52,623 bases of DNA, taken from assembly GCA_000934665.2 (NCBI GenBank), contig KZ538706.1:1-52623 (forward strand). Direction: 5' to 3'. The notes under the pieces were generated by a model. The model had not been told where the DNA came from. It searched no databases and saw only the letters and a list, made by a program, of their open reading frames with translations. The number at the start of each line of letters is the position of its first letter. The first letter of the stretch is position 1. The stretch comes from Catajapyx aquilonaris (Eukaryota). The translations under genes were made by a program, and so were the position numbers. Shown one piece after another: positions 1 to 10,396 of the stretch.

Positions 1-544
1 CGTAGCGCAGAGAGCGCATGCGTGCCGGATCCGCGATGATAGGGTGCCAAAGCGCCAAAGCGCCCGGTGCTCGCCCATCCACGTCTCGAAATTACGCAGG
101 CTCCACTGGAGGGACATCCGCCATTTTCCGCCATCAGCGCCGCCTGGCCAGGACACAGGTGTTAACCTATCGTCATCATACATGTAGGTGGGATGTGTCA
201 GGGGGCTGGAGTCGACCATAATGGTTCAGAATTTCCCCGCTAGGTATGGCGCCACCTGTACTGACACTTGACTCTAGCGCCGACCGTGGCCAACTCCCCT
301 CGGTGGGTGAGATCAGCTACGCTCACTGGGGTAGTAATGTACTGGTATAGGGAGTGACTGGGGGCTGCGATAAACTGATGTACAGGGTGTTGCAAGTTCG
401 TGGGTCGTTTTTAGTTATCACTAATATCAGCTAATATCGCTCGGAGTACTAGTAGTCATTTTTGTGTAGCTTGTTGCGTCAAGATCCAGGTGCCTCAATT
501 ACTCCCAGGTTGTCGAATATAGCAGTTGCTATACAGGCCACTGC

Positions 545-2174
545 AGAGAGCCTTAAGGGGGCGCAGTAGCAAAAATACAGTAATCAGATGGCTCTGCAGC
601 TATAGCTGTCGAAGTGAGCCAATGGAATGGTTGTACAACAATAGAAGGCAACTGTTGCCCCCTCTCCAACAATCCCTGTCCCGTTGCCAAGATCAACACT
701 TGAACCTTAGAGCCTCGCCTCGAGCCTCGTATCCAAAGCCTACATAACTAATAGCCTGAACTCTCCCTATGCGACCGATTGTTTCCTGCTCTGCTCGCGC
801 CCCTAGCAACCGGTGTGCAAGCAACCCGATACGATACGGCTTCCGATGCGATACTTTACACGATACGATACTGACACGATACGATATTGCCACTATCAAT
901 AAGCAATAACCTACATAATTATTCTTATTCTTGATGCTGCATCTGATGAATGGTACCTGTGTTAACTGTTGGTGAACAGGCTACTGGGGGGAGAAGACAG
1001 GAGTACACACGTTACACTGAAATAATTACCTGCAAATATATCATAGCTGGTTTATTACTGATCTTGTCATTTTTACAAAGCTGTCTGTTCTTGTACAATA
1101 AAATATATGATACCCTCACCTTCGCAAAGTATGCCATCAGAGTTTCTTCAGGATAATTGGGGCTTTTGACTCTGTTCAACAAAATTCTATGAATCCTTTT
1201 CAAGCCGCCTGTTCTGTGCAAGTACTTGCGGCTGTACCATGATTCGAATTCGAACGTCTGGGAGATCTCAGTGACGTCACCGGAAGTCCCTTTCATTTAC
1301 TCGCAAATCCTAATAATAATAACAATAATAATAAATATGACTTTAATAATTCTTTTTATCACTATATTGTAATATTATTATGTAGGCATTGATTATTATC
1401 TTGTTTTATTGTGTAGGCAATTGGCAGAACATCCGCTGCGCCATGGCGCCATCTCAGTGATGCGGCCGGTGTGCAAAATAAAAGTAGGCAATAGAATGAC
1501 GTCGAGAGTTCAGGCTATTTATTATGTAGGCTTTGCTCGTATCTCTCCGGCGACAATTACTGCCCCTGGCGACGACCCCAACAAACTTGTTTATACATGC
1601 AGCGTAGGAGGATTCGGCATTTCCTACATTTCTGTGGCCGTAAGCCTCAACAATGGTTCAATCGACACATAAATTGCACCAAAAAATAGTAGATGATCTG
1701 GCGCAGGGCGCCTAGTTCGTCTTTTTTTCAATTTTCGGCCTAGCAATGACCTTACAGCGAGTTGTAGTAAGAGAAAAATGGTCTTTTGGAAAGGCCCATT
1801 TTATTTACATGTTGGCAGGAATCGCATGAAAATCGGAGACATTTCTGTGGCCGTTATGTCCACAACTTCAACGCAATCATGTCGAGTATGGCATCCTTGT
1901 AGAGGCCATTGTAGAGGGCGCCTAGTTCGTGTTTTTCCAGATTAACGTCGCATTTCGCCACAAAAAAATAAAGTTCCCTCAAATACGCCTTCTGGCTGCA
2001 TCCAAATTGTGCGAGGGCATTCGAACTACAATCGTGACGCCAGAGCCAGCCACCGTTTCCACAGCAATTCAAGATGGCCGCCCCCATACGACACGTAAAT
2101 ACCCCAAAAAGACTACAGCCAATCAGAGACGACCTTACATAACAAGTTGGCGACTCTCTTCTTTAAGGTTCTCT
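545..2174. mobile_element. Putative non-autonomous DNA element nested in 383-2298, family unassigned
   Basis: Short imperfect inverted ends AGAGAGCCTTAA (545-556) and TTAAGGTTCTCT (2163-2174), 11/12. Degenerate internal direct repeats about 210 bp apart (ACATTTCTGTGGCCGT at 1626/1839; AGGGCGCCTAGTTCGT at 1705/1915). No clear TSD. Confidence 0.35.
734..1535. mobile_element. Non-autonomous TIR element with 8-bp TSD, P-element-like (hAT not excluded)
   Basis: 32-bp TIRs at 734-765 and 1504-1535 (30/32) starting CAAAGCC. Perfect 8-bp TSD CTCGTATC at 726-733 and 1536-1543. Internal CGATA repeats (828-886) and (AAT)n. No transposase. Confidence 0.8.
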
Positions 2175-2206
2175 AGGTTAGGGGCGTAACAAGCTACAAA
2201 AAAAGA

Positions 2207-2273
2207 CCTTTCTTCTTGGGGACTTCCAGAAACAAATTGAATTCAGACTTCCCTGGCGACATATAATTAGGAA
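2207..2273 (+). repeat. Local dispersed duplication of 4421-4493
   Basis: CCTTTCTTCTTGGG...GACTTCCAGAAACAAATTGAATTCAGA(C/T)TTCCCTGGCGACATAT(T)AATTAGGAA occurs at both sites, differing by a 5-bp indel, a 1-bp indel and one substitution. Confidence 0.9.
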
Positions 2274-2284
2274 CGACCCACGAA

Positions 2285-2474
2285 CTTGGAACACCATGGT
2301 GTTCCAAGGTCTGCTCTTTTTCTTACATCACATATACGTAGGCCTACATATGCATAATGTACAGTACGTATATGTGATGTAAGAAAAAGAGCAGACCTTA
2401 AGGTCTGCTCTTTTTCTTACATCACATATCCTCATTCACATTAATCACAATTGTGATTAATGTGAATGAGGATA
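2285..2474. repeat. Chain of four overlapping palindromes/inverted repeats
   Basis: Perfect 24-bp palindrome at 2285-2308. Arm 2306-2340 inverted at 2365-2399 and repeated directly at 2400-2429. Perfect 48-bp palindrome at 2427-2474. Confidence 0.95.
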
Positions 2475-2706
2475 AAAGTGAATTCTGCCACATAACACTG
2501 ACAAATGACAATAGAACGATGTTTCCAACAAAGTCGTTGTCAGGGGATGCAACAAAGGGGATGGTACACAAAGGGGACAGGGGCTACTTCAAAGGTGCTG
2601 GTGGAGAGTGTGGCCGTTGCCTGGCTAGTTGGCTAGCGGACACACAGACACATTACCGACAGCCTAAGGGTAATACACTAAATTGTATCATATTGTGAGA
2701 TATACG

Positions 2707-2764
2707 TATATCCTCCTGAGACCTGATGTCCAATATATTGGACATCAGGTCGCAGGAGGATATA
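2707..2764. repeat. 58-bp near-perfect palindrome
   Basis: TATATCCTCCTGAGACCTGATGTCCAATA|TATTGGACATCAGGTCGCAGGAGGATATA, one mismatch, no spacer. Confidence 0.9.
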
Positions 2765-4690
2765 TTATTTTATCCTAACATAAAATTGCCGATTTTTAAA
2801 ATGCATACCAGTGTATTGTAGTGTAACAAAATAATTGCATATTATGTGAATATGAAGTTAGTCGAACGTCAAAAAGTACACACGAAGTGAAAGTTGAAAG
2901 AAAGGTTGATTGCGATTAAAGAAAACTTGGTAAAAAATAATTGTTCATTCCGAGTATGATCGTTGGAAGAACAGTGTGAAACTGTGGAAGAGATCGAGTG
3001 GTACGTACGTAACTTGCCAAAGCTACCGTGCCTTTCTAAACACATAGGCTGTTACGCTCGTACCATTCCTGTACTTTCTCCATGCAGTTTTTATCACTGA
3101 GATGATTTTTATTTGTCACTGAATTATTAATTGTTCCAATGTAAACGAAGGCGTCTAAAACATGTGACTTTTAGCTGTAAATTGCAGTTACAAGATCTAT
3201 TCTATAAATATTTGTGTTCGATAATCTTACGCAGATAATCACACAAAAATATCATTCCGAGAAATTGTCATACGAAAGCACTCTTTCCCTTAGCTCATAA
3301 TGACTGCGCTTTTGACCCTGAGGGCGCTAATAAAACTCTTAGATTGTAGAGTCACTCGGAAAGTTTTTCCACCTTCCGCAGAAAGTTTAATGAAAACCTC
3401 AGGCTGAGTTTTTCCCAGCACACTGCTGAACATGGAAATTGCACCTTTTACACTGCAACTGGCTGTGCCAAACGAACTGCTGGTAGTCAGATTTTCGCCG
3501 ACGTAACAATCACATTGTCCATTTGCGACCCCACAATTTTTGTGGACTACCAAACTAGGTCATGCACAATATAATATTTTGCTTCGGAGAAGAAATTTTG
3601 CAAATAGGAAAAACATTACACGAAGAAGTATTTTCCGGTTCACTGCATGTTTTCTTCGCATGATGATAATTGCAGCGTTATTAAATATTTTCAAGCTCCA
3701 TAAACAACTGAGTAATGCTGAAAATGTACAAAACATGTTTTCGAAAGTTTGCCGTGCAACTACCTGGAAATCGAAGGCATGCTGTTCTTGTTGTCGTATT
3801 ATCGAGGCCGAGAAGGTGACGATCATTAGTGTAATAATCTACAGTCGAGTTCACTGGAAAACCATGATGTCTCGCCTTCAATGTGAGGGATAATTTTGTA
3901 TTATATTCCAAAGAAAGTTTTCGACAAAACTATACAGCCATAACGCTCTAGTGGTGAATAATATATTATTTCCTCATGAACATTCATGGATAACATATTG
4001 TAAAAATACTATCAGAAAACAGCAAATTATTGTAAGGGCTAGTTTTAGTTCTCTGCCAATCAAATGAGCCATATACAAGGCAATAAACGATGCACATAAA
4101 TTTTTCCACACCAGATATATTTGTGCTCTCCAAAAAAAAAAGGACTTGGAAATTTTTGCGGCTGAGCTAAACAAGTGAGCTGTGGGCGGAGAAAGTTTTT
4201 AGGGGAGCAGGTGTCAGCGTGGAAGAGAAAGGAAACCTCCCCTTTCGTGTCATTTAGCCGCAGTCACCACGAGAAGATGGGGGGGAGAAAAAAAAAAAGG
4301 AGAGAGGAAGGGATGGGTACAAGTCCTAGCATTTGGGAGTCGAGAGCTTGCAACCAGCGAAAACGGAGCGTCGCCTGTCCCATTCGTCTTGCCGTACACT
4401 TCATCTCCTACACCTACCTTCCTTTCTTCTTGGGTGGAGGACTTCCAGAAACAAATTGAATTCAGATTTCCCTGGCGACATATTAATTAGGAATTCCCGA
4501 CGTGTGACTGCGGGTTTCTTGCTAAAGTTTTGAAGACGGCGGACTTACAATATCGAGGAAAAAAATAGCAATATTTGTATGTGCCAAACTTTGCCAGTTG
4601 TTTAGTGATCGTATAGGGAAGGAAGTTTGGCTGGTAGTTGAGAGTGGGTCACAATGTTCGAAAAGTGCAGTGGTAGACAAAATTCTGGAA

Positions 4691-5246
4691 CTGACAAGGG
4701 AAGTGTAAGTGTTGTCCGTGGAGTTTCTGAATGAAACTTGGGACAATAATATAGGCAGGTAAGTTATTAAAGAAAATGCAAACAATTTAGGCGGATGCCC
4801 ACAAGGTCAAAAGTTATGACCTCTCGAACTCACAAGGGACACTTTCCAAGGTCTCGCCGATTTTCTTGAAACTCGGTACATTGGTAGGCCACTTCAAGGG
4901 ATGAAAAACGCACCTAACGTGACCTGCTCAACTCTTAAATGCCGAAAACTCACCCATTTTCTTGAATTCGGTGCATTGGTAGCCCCCAAAAAGGGGTCAC
5001 CGGGTCATTTTGAGCAGGTCACTTTAGGTACGTTTTTCATCCCTTGTGGTGGCCTGCCAATGTACCGAATTTCAAGAAAATCGCTGAGACCTTGGAAAGT
5101 GTCCCTTGTGAGTTCGAGAGGTCATTACTTTTGACCTTGTGGGCATCCGCCTAAATTGTTTGCATTTTCTTTAATAACCTGCCTATATTATTGTCCCAAG
5201 TTTCATTCAGAAACTCCACGGACAAGACTTACACTTCCCCTGTGAG
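4691..5246. mobile_element. Fold-back (long-TIR) non-autonomous element or large inverted repeat
   Basis: Arms 4691-4931 and 5010-5246 (about 240 bp, roughly 90% identical by eye) around a 78-bp spacer holding a third partial copy of the CCGATTTTCTTGAAACTCGGTACATTGGTAG motif. No convincing TSD. Confidence 0.7.
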
Positions 5247-6528
5247 CTTATTGTTATTAGCGGTGATCCTCTTACTGTTACTCTTATTGTATTGAGGATA
5301 TTATCGTATTCAAATGACAGCTCAAATTTGTATGTATATTTTTTGGGACCCAGAGCTGTCCCCCCAAAAGGGCTCTGCCATATTATAACGGTGTATCATG
5401 ATAAAATTTAAAAAAAACATCAAATGAAAAAATTACATTGAAAAACTTGCGTAGTGAACCTTAAATATTTTATTTAAGAAAAGATCCGGGAAATTATATT
5501 ACAGCCACAATGCTCTGTTAAATGGCTATTACAATATTTAAATTTTTGTTATCCTGCATCGATAAGTGCCGCGCTGCAGCATGTAGTTATTCGGTTTATT
5601 TAACACACAAGTATAATTTGACCACTGCACACAAGCCCTACAATCGATATCAGAATCAGAAGCGCACTATTAAACAACCATGTTCACAACACCTTGAAAA
5701 TTGGTGTTACAGGGTGCTTTGCTGTGCCTCCAAAAATAGTCAATAAGTATCTGTGACATCTTAACTCAGGTTAAACCGCAAAATCCTGTTTGTAACGCCA
5801 GCCACTGAAGGCTTTGTGAAGCATTAAAAAAACAGGCCCAAAATAATCGTCAACAAAAAATGGCATTTGGAGTATAATTGACAGCATGTCGCCCCAGCCT
5901 AAGGGGGTGAAAAGGGTGGGGAGGTGGCGCCACCCTAGGAGCAGAAAATGTTGAAATCTCGCTGCACCAGTTGAGCTTGTACCTCGTGCGGATGTGTCAG
6001 CGGCAGGAGATGAAACTGAAGGCGATTTGTCACAACTTCCATAGCTCTGCCACTTTATTTCTGATTCAAAAGGTGATTTATGGGGAGCTCTTCTCCCATC
6101 CTCCTCCGTCAACAGATCTGCCAGCGACAGATAGTCGTGGCGGACGTCGCAAAAAGGAAATTACATCGTTAGAAACGGGAGAAATGTTCACCCTTTATTA
6201 CTCAAATGGAGTTTTTGCCCTCCGCCAACTCGGGCCCAAATATAGAACTTTTGCAAGCATTCTTTTGCAAACTTACGGTGATATTAGTCGATTTACGAAA
6301 GGACTTCGGAAGGCCTTAAGTCGTAACGAGGCCCGAGCTTGATAGTAGCAACTTAGCAACTCTGCGTCCTTAGAAGTCACCACCACTCTTATCATGTGAT
6401 CGAAATTTATCGGATACACAGTATAACATATTAAAGCACTTTAGCTGCAAATAACTGTGGAGCATCAAAGAAAAAGGACACATATGCCCTACACAGTCAT
6501 GTACAGTACCTACAATATTAATGTAAGT

Positions 6529-7091
6529 TTATTTGTTTGTTTTTTATACCCCATTGGGAGGAGGTGTGGTGGCCGAGATGGTAACGTCTCGACTTGCTGA
6601 GTGAAAGGTCCCAGGTTCGATCCCCGCCTGGGAGCCACCTTTCGTCTGACCTGCACCAAGGAGGTGTCTGGCAACCTAACCTCCTGGGGGACTGCACATG
6701 GCCCAAAGGCTAGGACATTGTACCTGCACAAGTGTCCCCTCCCCAACAATCCATATCCCTACCCTACATCCCTAATTATTCCTTGCACGGTGATTGAAGA
6801 AAAAGAGAAAAAAAGGATTCTATATGATTGTAATCCACTCCCCTATAAACCCTAATCGGGTTATCACGAATCGGCGCTCCATTAGGGGTGTAGAATACCA
6901 CCATTGGATCAAGGATAGGGAAGGAAGGAAGCGGCTGTGGCCTATTATACGGAAGCGACCCCGGAATTCTCCTGGGGGGAACGTGGAAAACCACAGAAAA
7001 CTGCGGTCAGGATCGCAGGTCCCGGGATTCGAACCCAGGACCTCCCGATTAGCAGTTGGACTCCTTAACCCCTACACTAACCTGCTTCGGT
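6529..7091 (-). mobile_element. tRNA-derived SINE, family 2 (interrupted by a family 1 copy)
   Basis: tRNA-like head with 7-bp acceptor stem, GCT anticodon loop and B box GGTTCGAATCC. Central domain shared with the 43309 copy. A-rich tail at 6529-6546. 15-bp TSD AATATTAATG(T/A)AAGT at 6514-6528 and 7094-7108. Confidence 0.85.
6556..6878 (+). mobile_element. tRNA-derived SINE, family 1, copy A
   Basis: A box TGGCCGAGATGG (6570-6581) and B box GGTTCGATCCC (6614-6624). Highly similar to copies at 9270, 40885 and 51497. Flanked by CCATT (6551-6555, 6879-6883). Confidence 0.9.
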
Positions 7092-8829
7092 AAAATATTA
7101 ATGAAAGTGGGACTTCAGAAAAATAATATGTCCGCGTAAAAAACACCTCTGACCTAAAATTTAAAGTACAGGTTGACATGTCCCACTGCCAGGCGGCAGC
7201 ACTGTTATGCCTAATATAAAGAGCTGCGGGCCAACCCTCTGGAGAGACTCCAGCCGGCCTCTCTGGTGTAATAATCGGATAATAAAGTGCTGTCCGACCG
7301 ACACCAACTGGTTTCAGTCTTTACACCCACGCACAGCGACTGAAAGACATGATGTAGCTAACACCTCAAATATTCCGGAAATATTAATTATATCACTAAT
7401 AGCTATTAGTATGCAATGAAGCAGATATTTTAATTCATTTTTTGTACACAATCGGCTTTGAACAGATGATTCTATTTTTTGTACTCCTGTAGAAGCGACC
7501 CTTTTCCAGATTCTCCACAATTGCACTTCATATTGCATTACCATGGGCAACTTTTCTGTATAGCGCTCACACCAGTCAGAGACATTTTTGCATCGAAGAA
7601 CTTGATCGACAGTGATTTATTTCTGAAAGTAACTTTTCCAACACTGCTCAGAACTTCCACTATCTCCTTTCTCCTATACTCAATTGAACTCTTTCTTTCG
7701 TGAAACGAGCAAAAATACTCCAGAGATCCAAGCTGAAGGAATTCGTCGCAAAAAAAAGTAGTCGCCCACATTCCATATAAAATAAAAATGGAAACGTATT
7801 CAAACACGTCAGGATCCGACAAATCTAACGTCTACATGCAGATGCTTGCGTCCCTATTCTGTATGACAAAAAGGAGAGAAAATTGCTTTGTCCTCAAGTG
7901 GAACGAGTAGTCTTCCCTATCCGACTAGCAGAATTCAATTGCAAGCCGGGGAAAAAGAGGAAACCGAGTTTCTCTCCTGCTCGGAAACAACCAGGAACAG
8001 TCAGGAATACAAATGGCATTAATGTAATCGAGGAATACAAGGCTTGGGCCAGGGAGGGTGGGTGGGATGGAAAAAGTATCGCAAAAGAAGAAGAAGAAGA
8101 AAAAAATCATCGAAACACAGTTGCCTGTTCAGTAAGAAACCAGTCATAAGTTGCAGTTGTGGCGGCGATGGTGGAGAGATGGGAGGAAGGGGAAGAAGAG
8201 AAGTACAGAAAAAAATGTACCAAAAAAGGGAATTGGGAGCGGGTCCTTCCCGTGGAAAGGGCCACTCGGCGCGAAAGCCACTTTCATCTTCCTCTTCATA
8301 AAGTGGGGAACGCCGGAAAAGTCGATTATTGTCGATAACCTTTGAGAACAACGTAAAGGAACTACCGGCGGTGTTTCTGGGGAAATGGCTCGCGAATAAT
8401 GACACGTGAGGGCGTGAGTGGAGGAAAGAAAGGGAGGTGGTGTATAAGTCTGGGGAAGCTTACTTTTCTCCGGAGACTCCTTTTCTACGCTTGCCATTCC
8501 GCAAAACTGATTTTCTAAAGCCCGTCGCTACGGTTATACACTCGGTAAAAGTACTCTATTGTCAGCTATTATTCTCAGGAATGTTGTGGTGGTGCTTGCT
8601 ATCAAGTTGAATTATTTGCTTTAAAAAAGTATCAATGTGAAAAATATTAGGCGCGTGAAAAGTACTTCCGTAACGCCAATTGAGAAGCACCAACAATATT
8701 AATGACAATTACTAAAATTGTGCTGTATCACTTCCGACTTATTTCTGCTTAGACTTGAAGGCCAGCAATTCCACCATCTCTCACAGGTTTGTGGTAGAGT
8801 GTGACAGTTCTTAATGGAGTGTGATGGTA

Positions 8830-8948
8830 CTATCAGTATAACAAGAATTGTCGCAGCGGCAGTGCACGAACTACAATCTACGAGCACAGGGACACGAGAG
8901 ACTGTAGTTCGTGCGCTGCCGCTGCGACAATTCTTGTTGGACACCAGG
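8830..8948. mobile_element. Tiny hairpin MITE, mariner-like
   Basis: Arms 8840-8879 and 8899-8938 match 38/40. TA on both sides (8828-29, 8949-50). The right end read inward, CCTGGTGTCCAACAAGAATTGTCG, resembles mariner TIRs. Confidence 0.6.
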
Positions 8949-8950
8949 TA

Positions 8951-9091
8951 TCAACAGTGCAAAAAGAACTGTCCCAGTCATCCTGACGTGTGGGCTGGCC
9001 GCTCGACACACACCATGTAAGTTACATGGTGTGTGTTGAGCGGGCAGCACACGAATCAGGATGACTGGGACAATTCTTTTTGAACTGATGA
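8951..9091. mobile_element. Tiny hairpin MITE, mariner-like, sharing a TA with the previous element
   Basis: Whole-length palindrome centred on 9021, about 88% arm identity. TA at 8949-50 and 9092-93. End motif TCATCAGTTCAAAAAGAATTGTC resembles the neighbour's CTATCAGTATAACAAGAATTGTC. Confidence 0.6.
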
Positions 9092-9119
9092 TACATCGTA
9101 GGAAGCTGAACTGGCTGTA

Positions 9120-9261
9120 CTATCGGGATCAAATACTTTTGGCCACTTTGTCCTGGTCTTGAAGCAACCCTTCGCACACACACACCTCCTTAACGTCGGG
9201 TCTGTGCGAAGGGTTGCTTCAAGACAAGGATAAAGTGGCCAAAAGTATTTGAACCCGATAG
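9120..9261. mobile_element. Tiny hairpin MITE, Tc1/mariner-like
   Basis: Arms 9116-9181 and 9200-9265 with few mismatches. Ends read TA|CTATCGGG...CCCGATAG|TA. Confidence 0.55.
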
Positions 9262-9269
9262 TACATCTC

Positions 9270-9622
9270 CCACCGTGATGACCCGTGATAGGGCCACAGT
9301 CCCTTTTAGGGGGGTGGTATATACCACCATTTCCCCCCTCAATTTTCTGCACTTTTCTTCAACTCCGATGCAAGGAATCAAGGACATTATAGGGTATAAG
9401 AATAGGGATTTTTGGGGAGGGAACATGGGTGCAAGTGCAATGTCTGAAAATGGGTCATGTGCTGTTCTCCAGGGGGTTAGGTTGCCAGACACCTCCAAAG
9501 CACGGTTCAGAGACCCTCCTGACGCCGGCGAAAGGGAACTCCCAGGCGGGGATCGAACCTGGGTCCTGGGACCTTTCACTCAGGAAGCCGAGACGTTACC
9601 ATCTCGGCCACCGCACCTCCCC
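9270..9622 (-). mobile_element. tRNA-derived SINE, family 1, copy B
   Basis: The reverse complement begins GGGGAGGTGCGGTGGCCGAGATGGTAACGTCTCGG, has B box GGTTCGATCCC, and shares body and tail with the other copies. 3' boundary approximate. Confidence 0.9.
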
Positions 9623-10246
9623 ACACCGCCTTATATGAATTTAATCGCCTACATCAACTTAAACTGAGGTCGATAAGAGACAACCCCCCCCCCCGAACTG
9701 CAAGGTAACTCCAGGGCGAGAGGTCAAATTCAGTATCTATACGTCGACTGCTAGCTAGAGGCGCCTCCAGGCGGGAAGCGACGGAAAAGGGATAATAAGG
9801 GATTCAGTGAGCTTCATCCGGAAACCCCTGCTCCAGGGAATGAGTCAACCGTCTCAGCCCATCTCTCTCTTCCTTCTCATTGGCATTAATGCGTTCACAA
9901 TCGACGCAAATGAGGCAAGTCCTTGTCCTTCCACGTTACTACCACCGATATGCCCTTCTCTAATAGGGTTGAAATTGCAAAGACATCTGTTGGTAGGGTG
10001 GATTGTAAACAGATGTATCATGTTTCATGGGTTGGCGTACTCTTGTTATTTCGATCTGCTCCATGTGTGCCTCACCCGTAGACAGTTCAAGGAACTGTAT
10101 GAAAAGACAATCACCATGCAGAAATAGCTTAATTTATTGGCCTAAAAGATAAATGAACCAGCGAGTGCAGCATGTTCAAAATTATGTCCCCTCATTTCAA
10201 TATATCCCTACAGCAGACGATATGTTTTTGCCACTTTTACCTCTCG

Positions 10247-10396
10247 CCCAGGAATTACCATTCAGTTATTATGTTTCCCAGGAATTACCATTCAGTTATT
10301 ATGTTTCCCAGGAATTACCATTCAGTTATTATGTTTCCCAGGAATTACCATTCAGTTATTATGTTTCCCAGGAATTACCATTCAGTTATTATGTTT
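10247..10396. repeat. Perfect minisatellite, 5 x 30 bp
   Basis: CCCAGGAATTACCATTCAGTTATTATGTTT repeated five times with no mismatch. Confidence 0.97.

Larger units (their letters stand above)
383..2298. mobile_element. Non-autonomous Tc1/mariner-like element (outer member of a nest), right end damaged
   Basis: 383-409 (CAGGGTGTTGCAAGTTCGTGGGTCGTT) matches the reverse complement of 2272-2298 at 25/27. The left end is preceded by TA (381-382), and TA|CAGGGTGT is a typical mariner-type terminus. The right TA is missing and replaced by a fold-back. No transposase ORF. Confidence 0.6.

Noticed and set aside
3290..3911. Two minus-strand ORFs with possible splice sites
   Set aside because: No recognisable domain, and the candidate donor and acceptor phases do not join in frame.
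7014..7085. tRNA-Ser(GCT)-like cloverleaf on the minus strand
   Set aside because: It has a weak D and anticodon stem, lacks the long Ser variable arm, and is the head of a TSD-flanked SINE.
5771..7822. Minus-strand ORFs 5771-6112 and 7538-7822 as possible exons
   Set aside because: Plausible AG/GT sites exist, but I recognise no homology and cannot build a consistent gene model.
10247..10396. CRISPR-like 30-bp repeats and repeat-protein ORFs
   Set aside because: There are no spacers and no cas genes, and the context is eukaryotic. The ORFs arise from the unit length being a multiple of three.
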